This document shows positions 30,754 through 42,177 of a DNA stretch of 56,035 nucleotides, in pieces (position 1 is the stretch's first letter; the number at the start of each line of letters is the position of its first letter). The translations under genes were made by a program, and so were the position numbers. This DNA is from Stylophora pistillata (lineage: Eukaryota). Location of the stretch: NCBI RefSeq assembly GCF_002571385.2, contig NW_019218554.1:5293-61327 (forward strand), written 5' to 3'. The notes beneath the pieces are model-generated. The model saw nothing but the letters and a program-made list of their open reading frames with translations. It made no database searches and was not told the DNA's origin.

Positions 30754-33700
30754 ATGGGTTCATTTCATTCACGATTGTGGAAGATCACTCTTCCTGTTTC
30801 GCTGCCTTTGCTTGCCTTTGCATATTTTCGTTGGAGGCAAATGCAAATGAGAAAGATCGAGCAATTTAGGCGAGTAGGTTATGTGTCCGGACTGTTCATC
30901 TATCCGGTCAAATCATGCGCGGGAATTGAGCTGGAAAATGCTGTGTGTCTCACAGAAGGCATACAATTTGACAGGTATAATGCATTCATTGGTCATGCCT
31001 ACCGTATTTATTTCGTTTTGTTTTGTTTTTGTAATGTTGACTCTTTCGAGATGAGGATTTTTCAATAGCCACTTGCTCTTTTATAAAAGCGACCGACGAC
31101 GGTCGAAAAAATTACCGCTTCAGGGAAACTGATACCTCCCACGCAAACAAACTCAAAAGATTCTTATTTTAAGAAAAAGTAAACGGAATCCGATGAGATC
31201 AGAAAACCACACAACTCTGCGGCATTCACTTTTAATAATTTCCAATCTCAATCTCAATCGTTCGTAACCGTTGTTATTGATTGATTACTAATTAATATGG
31301 CCTTGTATAGGCTTGGAAAACACAAAGCGACTTATATGGCTCTCTCTCTCTCCTAGGAACTGGGTGGTAGTTGACAGAGATGATAAGTACCTTACTTCAG
31401 TGGACAAACCAGTGTTAGCTCAGGTGGTTCCACATTTTGAAGATGGCAGCCTTTGTCTCAATGCGCCGAGTATGGACACACTGAGAATTCCTATCCAGCC
31501 GGACACTAAGGAGTTTAAAGACCTCAAGTATTGAACTTTAATCATCAATGCACAATATTCTTGTAGAGGTTCATATTTCTTTGATTTGTTTGTGCACTCA
31601 AAATCGCCAGTGTCTCTGAGATTCCAGAAGACTGGAAGACACATGATCGATATCAGCCTTGTACATGCAGACCTTATCCCTGCATGGATTATGATGCTGA
31701 TGATGATGATTGATATTATTGTTAATTTAATTATAATAATAATAATTATTATTATTATTATATTATCATCATTATAGTATGATTCTGAATGCCTTAATTT
31801 ATGGTTTACTTTAGAGTTTCAAGGGTCTCGTCCAAGAGTCGTTATGTTGGAGACAAAGCTTCTTTATGGTTTTCAACCTTGCTGAACAAACCAGGCTGCA
31901 AAATATATCAAATTCACGAACTGCGGGATTCCACAAAAGATACGAAATGGGGAGACCTAGCATCACCAGGAGACAAGGTACACTCAGAACAAATCAATTT
32001 TCATTATTGTGTGATATTACTCACAGAATTCAGGGAGAAATGCTGTACATTTAAGACTTTCCTGGTATTTATGGATTATATAGCCTCATGAAATAAAATT
32101 ATGAAGAACTTTGAGAATATCTATATATCATTCACTTTTTTTATAAAAGCTTGACTTTGTTAGACTTGGTTTCCAGGACCCTTTAACATCACCATTGCGA
32201 TAATAGTTATTAGGTGGGATGGAAAGAGGTTTGCAGGAAAAGGAGGAGGGGGAAGTGGTGAGTTAGATGCAACCTCTTGAATTTGAACTTTAGCAATTGA
32301 ATTGGGGGTCTTTGAGTAACTGAGAACCTCATCCTTCAATCTCGCTCACCCAATTATCCCCAAGGATGCACTATGCGCCTAAGATAACCTTTCTGATGAC
32401 TTGGTAAACATTTCTATTGGTTAACTTCTAAGGTTTTAGTCTCAGCATTGAGGGTTCAGCACAGCAACTTTTTCACCCCAAAACATTTAGCGGTAATTAT
32501 AATTTAAGATTATATCAAATTGATGTTACAACAACTGTGCCACCCACCCCTCCCCTAACTTGTTATCAGTTGAGTGTTGTTGGATTATGCGGGGGGGCAG
32601 GGGTAGGTGTGTAGTTGCTCAGAAAATGACATTGATCCAAATTTAGTTTCCCTCTCTTTAATTTTTAACCGACTGTTCTTTTGTGGTAGATGGGTTATGC
32701 AAGTTTTGCAGCATATCACATGACTACAGAGTCATCACTTGTGGAACTGAATGGAATTTTGAAATCTCCCATCGGCATGAATAGGTTCCGTGCTAATATT
32801 GTCATTGGGGGAACTGAGCCTTTTGCTGAGGTTTGTTACTTGAATTTAAATATTCTGTCTCAGATTTATTGCAGATAAAGCCTGCATACAAGCCAAGTGG
32901 TCCATCGGGCTAGCACATAACTCCAGTTTACATGGCATGAAGCAACTAGGAGTATTTCTACTCCCCACTGGATGGAATGCTAGTCCATCCCAGGGTTATC
33001 CCCCAACATTAAATTCACAGTTACCTACTTAATTCTCCAAGATGAAGAGAGGCACCATGAGAGTAAAGTGTCTTGCTTAAGAACACAACGCAATGTCCTT
33101 GGCCAGGATTTATTATAATTATAGCAACTGTAATACAACAGAGTTACCTGTTCACAGTCTTCTCTGGACTTCATACTTATTTTGTCCACTTGGAGATTTA
33201 CAAAAGATAATTATCGCAGCTTTACATGCATCTCTGTATAAGTTCAATGTTTAGTGGCAGTTATAAATTTGGAGATTAGAAAGCACTTTGAGAGCATCAT
33301 GATGGCTCACTATAAATTATTTATTCATCATTAGGATCATTGGCACCAAAAATTTCTAAAGATAGCAGATGTTAGGTTCAGAACTCTCAAAGACTGTGGA
33401 AGGTAAATATTATTTTGATTAAGTTTTCAAGAAGTGGATCAGGTCATAAATGAAGCACAGTGGCCATGACTTCAGCTTGAGCCCAGAATGACTGATATGG
33501 AGTTCAATGTTCTAAATGGAACCACCGCTATATGCCATCATATTTCCCAGGAACCGTCACAAGTCTCCCTTACATCTACGGTATTTCCTTGAAGAAGCTC
33601 CCATGCTCTTATTAGTACCTTCCCCTGAATTGAAGTGTCTATCCCCTAGAAATAGAGTCAAACAACAGGGCTCGACACTAATGGTAGCCCACTAGCCACA

Positions 33701-34246
33701 GACTAGTAGAAATGCAGTTTTGGTTAGTGGATTTCAATTTCCACTAGTCAGTTTGGCTAGTAAACAGACTGAAATTGTCTTAACATCTAAGATGTCACTA
33801 GCCACTTGGCTAGTAAGTTGAAGAGTTAGTGTCGAGCCCTGAAACAAGTGCCTCTCTCAAATAAGAGCTCTCCCTCCCCCACCCCTTGTCCCTCACTTCC
33901 ACAAAAAGTAGGTAAAAAATTCTGTAAACTTCCCAAGTACAGCTAGACCATTCTCTAGTCATTGATGACCAGTAATTTCTAGGATAATGAAGTTATTGGT
34001 ATGCTCTTGAAGAAAACAGTTGAAAATTGATGAGTGTCCCACTTGATCGAGTGCCCTTCTTCAAACAGGCACCCCTCCTTTTAGGAAAAATTTTAAATAA
34101 GCAGTTGCCTATATGTAAGGAAATACAGTTTTGTACATTACATGTATTAACTTGTTATTTATTTTATTCCAAAGATGTACCCAGATCACCATAGATCCTG
34201 AAACTGGCATAAAGAATGGACTTGAAGCACTCACAACTTTGAGAAG
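30754..34246 (+). CDS. MTARC: mARC (MOSC-domain molybdoenzyme), divergent copy 4; exons 1-6 present, terminal exon not found
   Basis: Exons 30754-30974, 31357-31527, 31815-31977, 32690-32830, 33335-33402, 34175-34246 in frame with the same intron phases as copies 1-3; IYPVKSCAG, FDRNW, RFRANIVI, CGRCTQITIDPETG. Confidence 0.9.
33666..33841. mobile_element. MITE with 16-bp TIRs and an AAACAA direct repeat, nested in an older MITE (~33577-34128)
   Basis: CAGGGCTCGACACTAA...TTAGTGTCGAGCCCTG flanked by AAACAA on both sides; the host element has TACGGTATTTCCTT...AAGGAAATACAGT ends. Confidence 0.8.
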
Positions 34247-34599
34247 GTAAACCAGAAAATATATGCAAGGATTTTGTTATTACTTATTTAAATAGATGAC
34301 TCAAACTTCATGTAAATTTTTGTTTTCTTTCTTTCTTTCTTTCACACTTGTAAAACTTGTTACTACATTGCACTTTACCTACCATTGCACAGTTCCTGGT
34401 AAGGAAGTGTTTAATATTTTGGTGGATTCCAAGATGTTTCAACTTTCTGCTGTCAGCTGTTACCAATAGGGTTTAAATGCAATGTTTGTTTTTTTCTACA
34501 AATGTCAACAAGAAACCCGTATTTCTTTCTGTTTGTGGAATCAGAGTAGTATTGTGCAACAAATGACCCAGAGGACTTTTAATCCAGATAGCAAACCAA

Positions 34600-34801
34600 T
34601 AGTCCTTTTTACAGTTGTGGGCTTGGTGGCCAAGCCTTTGAACAGGAGTCAGGCTTTGGATGACCTTGTTATGATAGAGATGTTGCTGCTTTTCAAATGC
34701 AAATTTCTTTGTTATCATGCTAACTAGATACAGGTCTCTATCACAACAGGGTCACCCTTAGCCTCACTCCTGTTCAAAGGCTTGGCCACCAAGCCCACAG
34801 C
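34600..34801. mobile_element. Foldback MITE truncated by a gap (full copy at 36437-36655)
   Basis: CTGTGGGCTTGGTGGCCAAGCCTTTGAACAGGAGT-type arm and its inverse; same family as the copy in ARPIN intron 4. Confidence 0.8.
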
Positions 34802-34897
34802 NNNNNNNNNNNNNNNNNNNNNNNNNNNNNNNNNNNNNNNNNNNNNNNNNNNNNNNNNNNNNNNNNNNNNNNNNNNNNNNNNNNNNNNNNNNNNNNN
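34802..34897. other. Assembly gap (96 N)
   Basis: Run of N between mARC copy 4 exon 6 and the ARPIN 3' end. Confidence 0.99.
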
Positions 34898-35385
34898 AGG
34901 GAGGGAGGGATCGATGTTGAAGCTTCTGATTGATTGATGCTTAACTACCAGTAATAACTTCAAATAGTATGAGTTTACTGAATTAAATGTAATATTACTT
35001 CTACTATGTGTCAATCATTACAACCCCCCTTACCATGAGATTTCTATCATTTCATTTTCCTGGTATGTTAGTGATACAGTGTACTTCATGCATTGTTTCA
35101 CACTATTCTTAAGGTTAAATATATGACATCTGATTAAAAAAAATCAGAAATCTGTAATATACAGCTGATGCAATACATCTAGTTTGATCAACTTTTAAAA
35201 GTTGCGCTGCCGGTGGTTCTCTTGAAGTACAGTACCTCATCTCTGTAAAAACTCCATCTCAATGCAAAAAAAGCAGCTGGTAGCTGACAGTAGTTGAGAT
35301 AATTGCAAATTGTAGTAACCCTCAGACAGTAACCTCCCACAGCTAATGCAACTTCTAATGTACAACTGATCCATCTCAGTAATAC

Positions 35386-38300
35386 TCAGTCATCCTGAAA
35401 GACAAAATGTATGACACAGAATGTTTAAAATTGTATAGAGAGATTAAGCACCTCAGTTATGTGAAACATGAATGGCAGGAGTGACCACGTGACCTTGTTT
35501 TCCCACAATTTTTGCATGTTCAGAACTAACCAGTCATACCAGTAACTGACCAACAACTACAGAACTACAGCTGTTCATGAATCTTACAGGAAAATAAAAT
35601 TATAATGCCAAAACTGATATTAAATTTCCACAAAGCAGACTTACGCCATTTGACTCTAACAACTTTGACTCTGATGATGACTTCCAAGGATATTAAAAGT
35701 TCAGTCATTCACATCAGTCCTTCTCAGGGGGGGTGGGGGTGGGAAGTACCTCCCACTGGCCCTGTGATCTACTGCAGCCTTTGATTATCCCAGGATTCCT
35801 TATCATTAAGCTGCCAGGATTATGACCTCTCCCTCTAAAGAGAGGCTATTCCAACCCAGGCAACACTTAGCTTTTTGTCAGCTCTCCCTGACTATTTACT
35901 AGTACCCACTAATACCCCTGTGCAGAGAGGGCGGTTGAGAGTAAAATGCCTTCCCCAAAACACATGCCACAATGAAGTGGCTGGGGCTCCCAAGACTCCT
36001 TAACTGATACCCACCCAGTCATCATCATCGGCACCATCTCCTTCATCTTGTGGAACATCTTGCTTTCCTTTGAAAGACATCACCTTGTCTGTCCAGGAGC
36101 CACCTGCCTCTACACCTCCCGTGTAATTTGCAGCTGTTGCACTACCTGCATTGCCAAGTTTGGCTATAAACTCTGCCACAAGAAAAAGGCATTGATAAGA
36201 CCTTCATTCTATCACGAGTACTGTCATATTGTAAACCAATTTGGTTTGGCTCTAACAGACTTAGGTGTATCCTACTGCTGAAAGAAAAAAACAAAACAAA
36301 ATATAGCTTAGGATAATTGTTATACCATGGACGTATCACAAGTTTTTGTGGTCCAATTTTTGTGGTCCAAGTTTTTGGTCCAATTTATGATTCTCGTAAT
36401 TATGAACTTCTAGGTCAATTTATTCAACCATTTTCCAATAGGCCATTTTACAGTTGTGTACTTAGTCGCCAAGCCTTTGATTCAGAGTGAGGCTGAAGGT
36501 GACCTTGTTTTGATAGAGACCTGTATCTACTTACCATGATAACAAAGTGATTTACATTTAAAAGGCAGCAAGGTTTGTATCATAACAAGGTCAACCCTAG
36601 CCTCACTCCCATTCAAAGGCTTGGCAACCAAGCACAACTGTAAAAATGGACTATTGTCTTAAATTCTTGAGCAATCATTTTTGGTTGCACTGCATACAAA
36701 AGAAATAGCAGAGGTCTGAATTTTAAGGCATAAGAACATCTTAAATGGCTCAAATTGTGCAAGACAGTGGATATTAATGTCAGGAAGAGACAAGAAGCAT
36801 TATGATTCCTCAGAAACTAGATTAAATCTTGAGAATGTATTTATCAAGCATCTACAAATCAAATTAGACCATGATGGTCAAAAAGACATGTAAACATAAT
36901 CCATCTTTCATATAAACTTAAAATAACAAGATTACCAATGAATGGACCATCTCCTTTAGTTTTTAATCTGACATGATCCCCTTGAAGCAGTTCCATTTTA
37001 TCGATGTCTTTTTCTTCATACCAGAATGCTTGACTGATCATATTTCCTCTCTCTGGAAGTTTTTCTTCTGTCAGTCTGGTCAACTGTGTCACTGTTATCA
37101 TTCTTTTTGCTTCAGCTGCATCAATTTTATCCGAATCACTGACAGCAGATGTCTCTAAAAAATACAGATGCATTCAATTCAGAAAACGTTTTAAAATCAA
37201 AGTAAGGAGAGTGGGGGAGACTGGACTAATTTCCAATGAAATCAACTGCTGGTTAATTAGCTTAATCAAGGCTGTGGTCTAGCAGCACCCAATGGCCCCT
37301 GGTGTCTTACTTTTGCTCCTGGGCGACTCAGGAATTTTAGTTTTTTCATAAAAAGCACATGCTGGGCATCCTGGATTTCAAGTTCAGAGCACTGCGTTCC
37401 ATTCAATTTTCCTTAGAGCACAGCCTTGTTAACAGTGACCTGGAAATCTCTATTAACTCGTTAACAATGACCTGGAAATCTCTATTAACTCTTTACACCC
37501 TAACATCAGTATGCATATTCTCCATACTGTCCTCTACACATTTTCTAGGGTGCTGACAAGGAGAATTTGTCAAACAATCAAGAATTTTTTGGAGGGACAG
37601 TGATCATTTCTTCCATTCTCATGACATTAATGTGTGATTCAGGGGTGATTTTGTAAGAAGAAATTAGATGATAGTCACTTCTATAAGTGCTCAATGTCAC
37701 ATGTAAGATAAAGTCTGTACTCGAACTTATCGGCCCACCTTGCATCCCAGTTTCCAAGAAGTATGAAGTGATTAGGAGTAATTATTACTCTCCACTAGAT
37801 AGGATGCTAAATAAACTATCACAAGTTTATCCCATGGCATTTCACCATGCTCTCTGACCCTTCACCAAGATCCTCTCGTACTCCTAGGCTGGGTTGTTCA
37901 AATGTGGGTTAAGATAACCCAGGATTAGTGTGAAATTTGATTTCAGATGTGGGAGCTTTAAAAGAAAATTAAGTTTAATTCCATTTGTCTACAATTTGAT
38001 GATTGAATGCTTTAAAAGGAATTGGGAAAATTATTCCAAAACACTCTATGAAAAGAAAAATATAGAAACCTTGATAAAAAAAATTTAACCATGGGTTTGC
38101 TCTAATCGGCCTTCAAACAAATGGGCCCTGGGTGGCGAGAGACCGTGAGAGCTAGTGAACTGTTTTGTCTAAGAACACAACACATTGACCCAGTGGCTAG
38201 GTCTCTCAAGCAGGAGTCCGGAGCACTGATCACTAAGGTAACTGTGTCTCACAACTTGTCACACATACATAACATGTTATGTACATGTTATGTGTGCTGT

Positions 38301-39332
38301 TGAATTTTTTTCTATCAAGAGTCCATCTAGCCTGCGTCGCAGACAGTCTAAACCGCTGGACTATACTGGGGATTGTGTGACACATCCGGCTGCAATGCAG
38401 GCTAGAGTCCATCCTGTCTCAAGAAGTTTAGAGAGCATTAAAGAAGCTAGAGATGCCCAATAGACTGTACCTCAATTGTTACCTTTACGCTTCTCTTGGG
38501 CTTCCCCAACTTCCTAAGTGCATCCATACCTCAATACATGCATGCTGAACATGAACCAACTCATGTGCAATATTGCATACCATAGAATCATTCCTGATCA
38601 CAATACAACAATTATTGATATAGTGTCTTTAGATCAAGGACTCACAACTGAGTAAACCTCTAACTGTGCATAGAAACAAAACATGTCGTGTATAATATAA
38701 ACTTACTGTAAGAAGACATTAGATAACCAGTACTGACTTTCTTGTCCTTTCCATAGTTAGGTTCTATTTCCTTCCCGGTGAGCGAATCAAACTTCCTCTT
38801 TAAGGCTTTTGAGATCTCGATATGTAGCACTACATAGCGCCACTGTATTGCAAAGAAGTAATTTTATAATTGTGAGAATATATCGAATGTATTGTCGATA
38901 ACCAATGACTGAAGTAGTAAATCAAACATCAAAAAGAACAACACGGTGATTGAGTTGAAAATACCTTTTGAGAACCCGAGTAAGGATCTGATACGGTAAA
39001 TCTCAGTCGGCCATGAAGTTTACCCTCTACTATAATTCCGCCAGCCCTTTTTAAAAGAGATAGAAGGCACAGCTAAATGTTTTTTTTCCTAAACGACAGC
39101 TGATTATAGTATAGGTAGATCAAAACAATCACTGAAAGAGTGCTACGCTGCGTCGCTCAGCTGTCAGAGAATAAACTGTAATGGTAGAATGTCACTTATA
39201 GCCATCTTGAAACCAAACAAACCTTTGCCAGCGAAATAGCTGTTCTGGTTCCCAGCGTTTCTCCCATCTAATAGGGGTAACTGGAATCGATTCCAAGGGT
39301 TTGTTTTCGTAGAGCATATGTGCACGGGTCAT
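35386..39332 (-). CDS. ARPIN: Arpin, Arp2/3 complex inhibitor (6 exons, 237 aa)
   Basis: Exons 39332-39223, 39046-38965, 38842-38707, 37154-36936, 36172-36015, 35394-35386 (714 nt, in frame). RKFD..G.EIEPNY...KV.TGYLMSSYK, AFW, VRLKTKGDGPF, GGSWTD.VM and the acidic tail GDGADDDDWDD* match Arpin. Confidence 0.93.
36437..36655. mobile_element. Foldback MITE in ARPIN intron 4
   Basis: AATAGGCCATTTTACAGTTGTG..GCCAAGCCTTTGA ... TCAAAGGCTTGGC..CACAACTGTAAAAATGGACTATT. Confidence 0.8.
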
Positions 39333-42177
39333 TCTTACTTCGTAAATTTCTAATGCAATATACAACCATACAAATTAATCATTCTCGAGGTCAATTTCCC
39401 ACAGGCGTTCTAAAACTTCCACACTAAAGCCTGGAAAGGAGTGTACAAGTCACGCCAGACCCTTCACGAAGGTCATGCATTAGGAAAACACTGAGGAGGA
39501 TGTAGAGTGATCTATCAGATAACGTCAACATTGAAAAAATTGTACTCTGTAGATATTTGATAAATAGATCACATGTTCCCTTGCATCTGTGCAGTGTAAT
39601 AAATCACTGATGACGTTAACATGTAATCATATCATCAGTCACGCACTCTGCTCATGCTCACTATCCCCTCTCTGTTTTCTTACCACACTTGACATCATCT
39701 GTGATTTATTTCAGAACAGTCCCACGACAACAAAGAACCTGTTTCTAAAATGGCAATCGAAGTCTTTTCATTTCATAATGACCTTTCCCACCGAAGGAGG
39801 CCTCTAAAGGTAACCTTGTTGTTTAGTCGCAATATGTCTCCGGACTTTTGGCAACCAATAGAACCGCGGATGGTCAAGTAGTTACAGAAATTCACAACAA
39901 GATTTGTAAATATTTGCGATACTGACATGAAATTGGTACGAAGGGACCACAGTGCGAGGGGCACTGACAACTGAGGAACAAGTGTTACTTTTGCCGATTA
40001 TTGTTACTGTTGTTATCAGTTGTTTTTATGCAGACATGCAAATAACTAAGCCCCAAACTACAAGTGTAGTCTTTAGAGAGTATCTCTCGATAGGAAATAA
40101 AGAAACTTGACTGCGAGATGTTCATTTCTCAATTTATTACAAACGGGTCACAAAAAAATAATCATACATTTCTTACAAGAAGCTTAAAATAAACGTGACA
40201 CAATAAATTATACATTAAATAGGATCTCTCTACGCTCTTAAATACAACCCCCTCGTCTTTACTATTATGCAAATGTTTTAAATGTATCGAGCGTGGAACA
40301 TGAAGAGAGAGAACCCACCAAATTACTCATTTCGTTACTTCGGCAAGCAACAAAAATTTCAAAATCACAATTTTCTCGCTCTTCTCAGCTTGACCATTGG
40401 TTAAAACAAAAGTGCAGTTTTTTTTTTTTTTTTTTTTTTCGCTAAATTGCCCCGTATGTATTCTGTACTAATTTATCATGTGTATATTTAGGCCACCAGT
40501 TTACTGGCACGACAAGCTAGACCACAATATCCGCATCTTTACTGTGTCTCTGACGTAATAAATTGTTTAAACTTCATCCAGGAATATCCCTTTTTCAAGT
40601 CTTCGACCATTGATAACGATAATATTATTCAAACTCTTCATCCCATTAGCGGGATTTACCAAACGGTAATTATGTCTTTCTTGAACATCCTTTCTCAAAA
40701 GCAGTAGCAACATTACATTCTGTCAATTAATCAGTAACATAATTTTCAATTGTTTCAGGCCCTAAAGTAAGTGAGAGGTTTGTCTGAGGTTGAGAGAAAA
40801 CAGTTCCCCGACTTAGCTTGCCTTTACCAAACATCAAAATGTCTGTTTCTTTCCCAAAAGAATCTAAGTTCGTAATTATATTCACGTACTTTAAGCCTGT
40901 CAAGCATTAGCAAGATGACCTTTTTTAATTATTGTATTAAACTGTCCATAAATTAAATACCATTTCATTGAATACGAAACAATGCCAAGATGCAATTGTC
41001 AAAATATTGCCAAAAAACTCGAGCGATTATAAATTTATGCGCTCAGTTACTTTAAATTTTAACTCGAGAATACAAAATTATTTTCAAACAATGTTTAACT
41101 TATCTCTTAGCAAGGTAAGAAAATACTCATCTTAATTTTTGCGTAAAAAAAAATTATTTTCATACAAACGATTTCGTTAACAGCTGTATACAAAAATATA
41201 CATTCTATGAGTAACCACAAACGGTTTCCACGTTTTGCACGATGCATAAATTATTGTGCAAATTTACGAACAAATTTTTTAAACAACGAGCGGATCATTG
41301 ATAGAAGGCGCCAAAAATACGAAAAATTAAAAATAACATCAACTCTCTTTCAGAATTATTATCAATCTGAAAACCTGAAAGCAAAACATAGCGTGTCTCT
41401 TTTGTGTAAATCACAAATCGCAGTTTGATTGACTGTCACTAATTTCAGAACAAACGCACTCAAAATTCTGAAAAGTGTACCTATAGCAAAATTAAAGCGA
41501 AAGTGTCTCATACGTTATCTTAATTTAACATTGCTTATTAATTCCGTCAACTACGTGACTACTAAATGGCATAAAATACCAATTTCATTTCTCTATATAT
41601 CGCCGAAAGCGTGTTTGGTTGATAAGCACCTCTTGACGATTAAAAGGTCACTGTTTTTGTCGTGGTTCACTGGTTTTAAAACCCAGTTTTTCGGTTTTTC
41701 TCTTTTTCACTTACGAACGACACACCCGTTTTATTATCTCCTCTGAGGATTGTCCGTACTTGTATTCCACAATAATAATAAATTAAGGAATTTTGAACAC
41801 TTTACATTGACAAACCGACAAAATAAGCCATCGTAAACATTCCGTTTCATAATTTTAGGAGAATCTCGTCAAATAATTCAAAATGATTGTAAAAGTAATA
41901 AACAAGGTTTGATTTCATTTTATGAATTAAATAGTTTTAAAACACACCATATTTGTCAATTCTATAATCTGATTCTATAATTCTACGTCTTCGTTATTGA
42001 GTTGTAGGATTTCGACTATGAATTTGATACACGACTTTACTACAACAGGATTCTCAAACTTAATTAAAATTTCTCCAAGAAAGTTTCGCACTTCGGCTCA
42101 CAGACAACTGCAGTGCCTGCAGGATCTCACTGCTTTTAATTTACGGACATATTGCAATTTAGTTACGACAACATTAG

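Noticed and set aside
31690-31775. Poly-Ile/Met ORF 31586-31777
   Set aside because: ATG/ATT/AAT microsatellite in an intron.
36142-36339. Apparent frameshift in ARPIN (ORF 36142-36339 versus the acidic tail frame)
   Set aside because: Resolved by the acceptor at 36174-36173; the exon starts at 36172 in frame.
37260-37440. Possible extra exon in ARPIN intron 3
   Set aside because: Stops in all frames after the acceptor-like site; exons 3 and 4 already join to give the conserved MSSYK.
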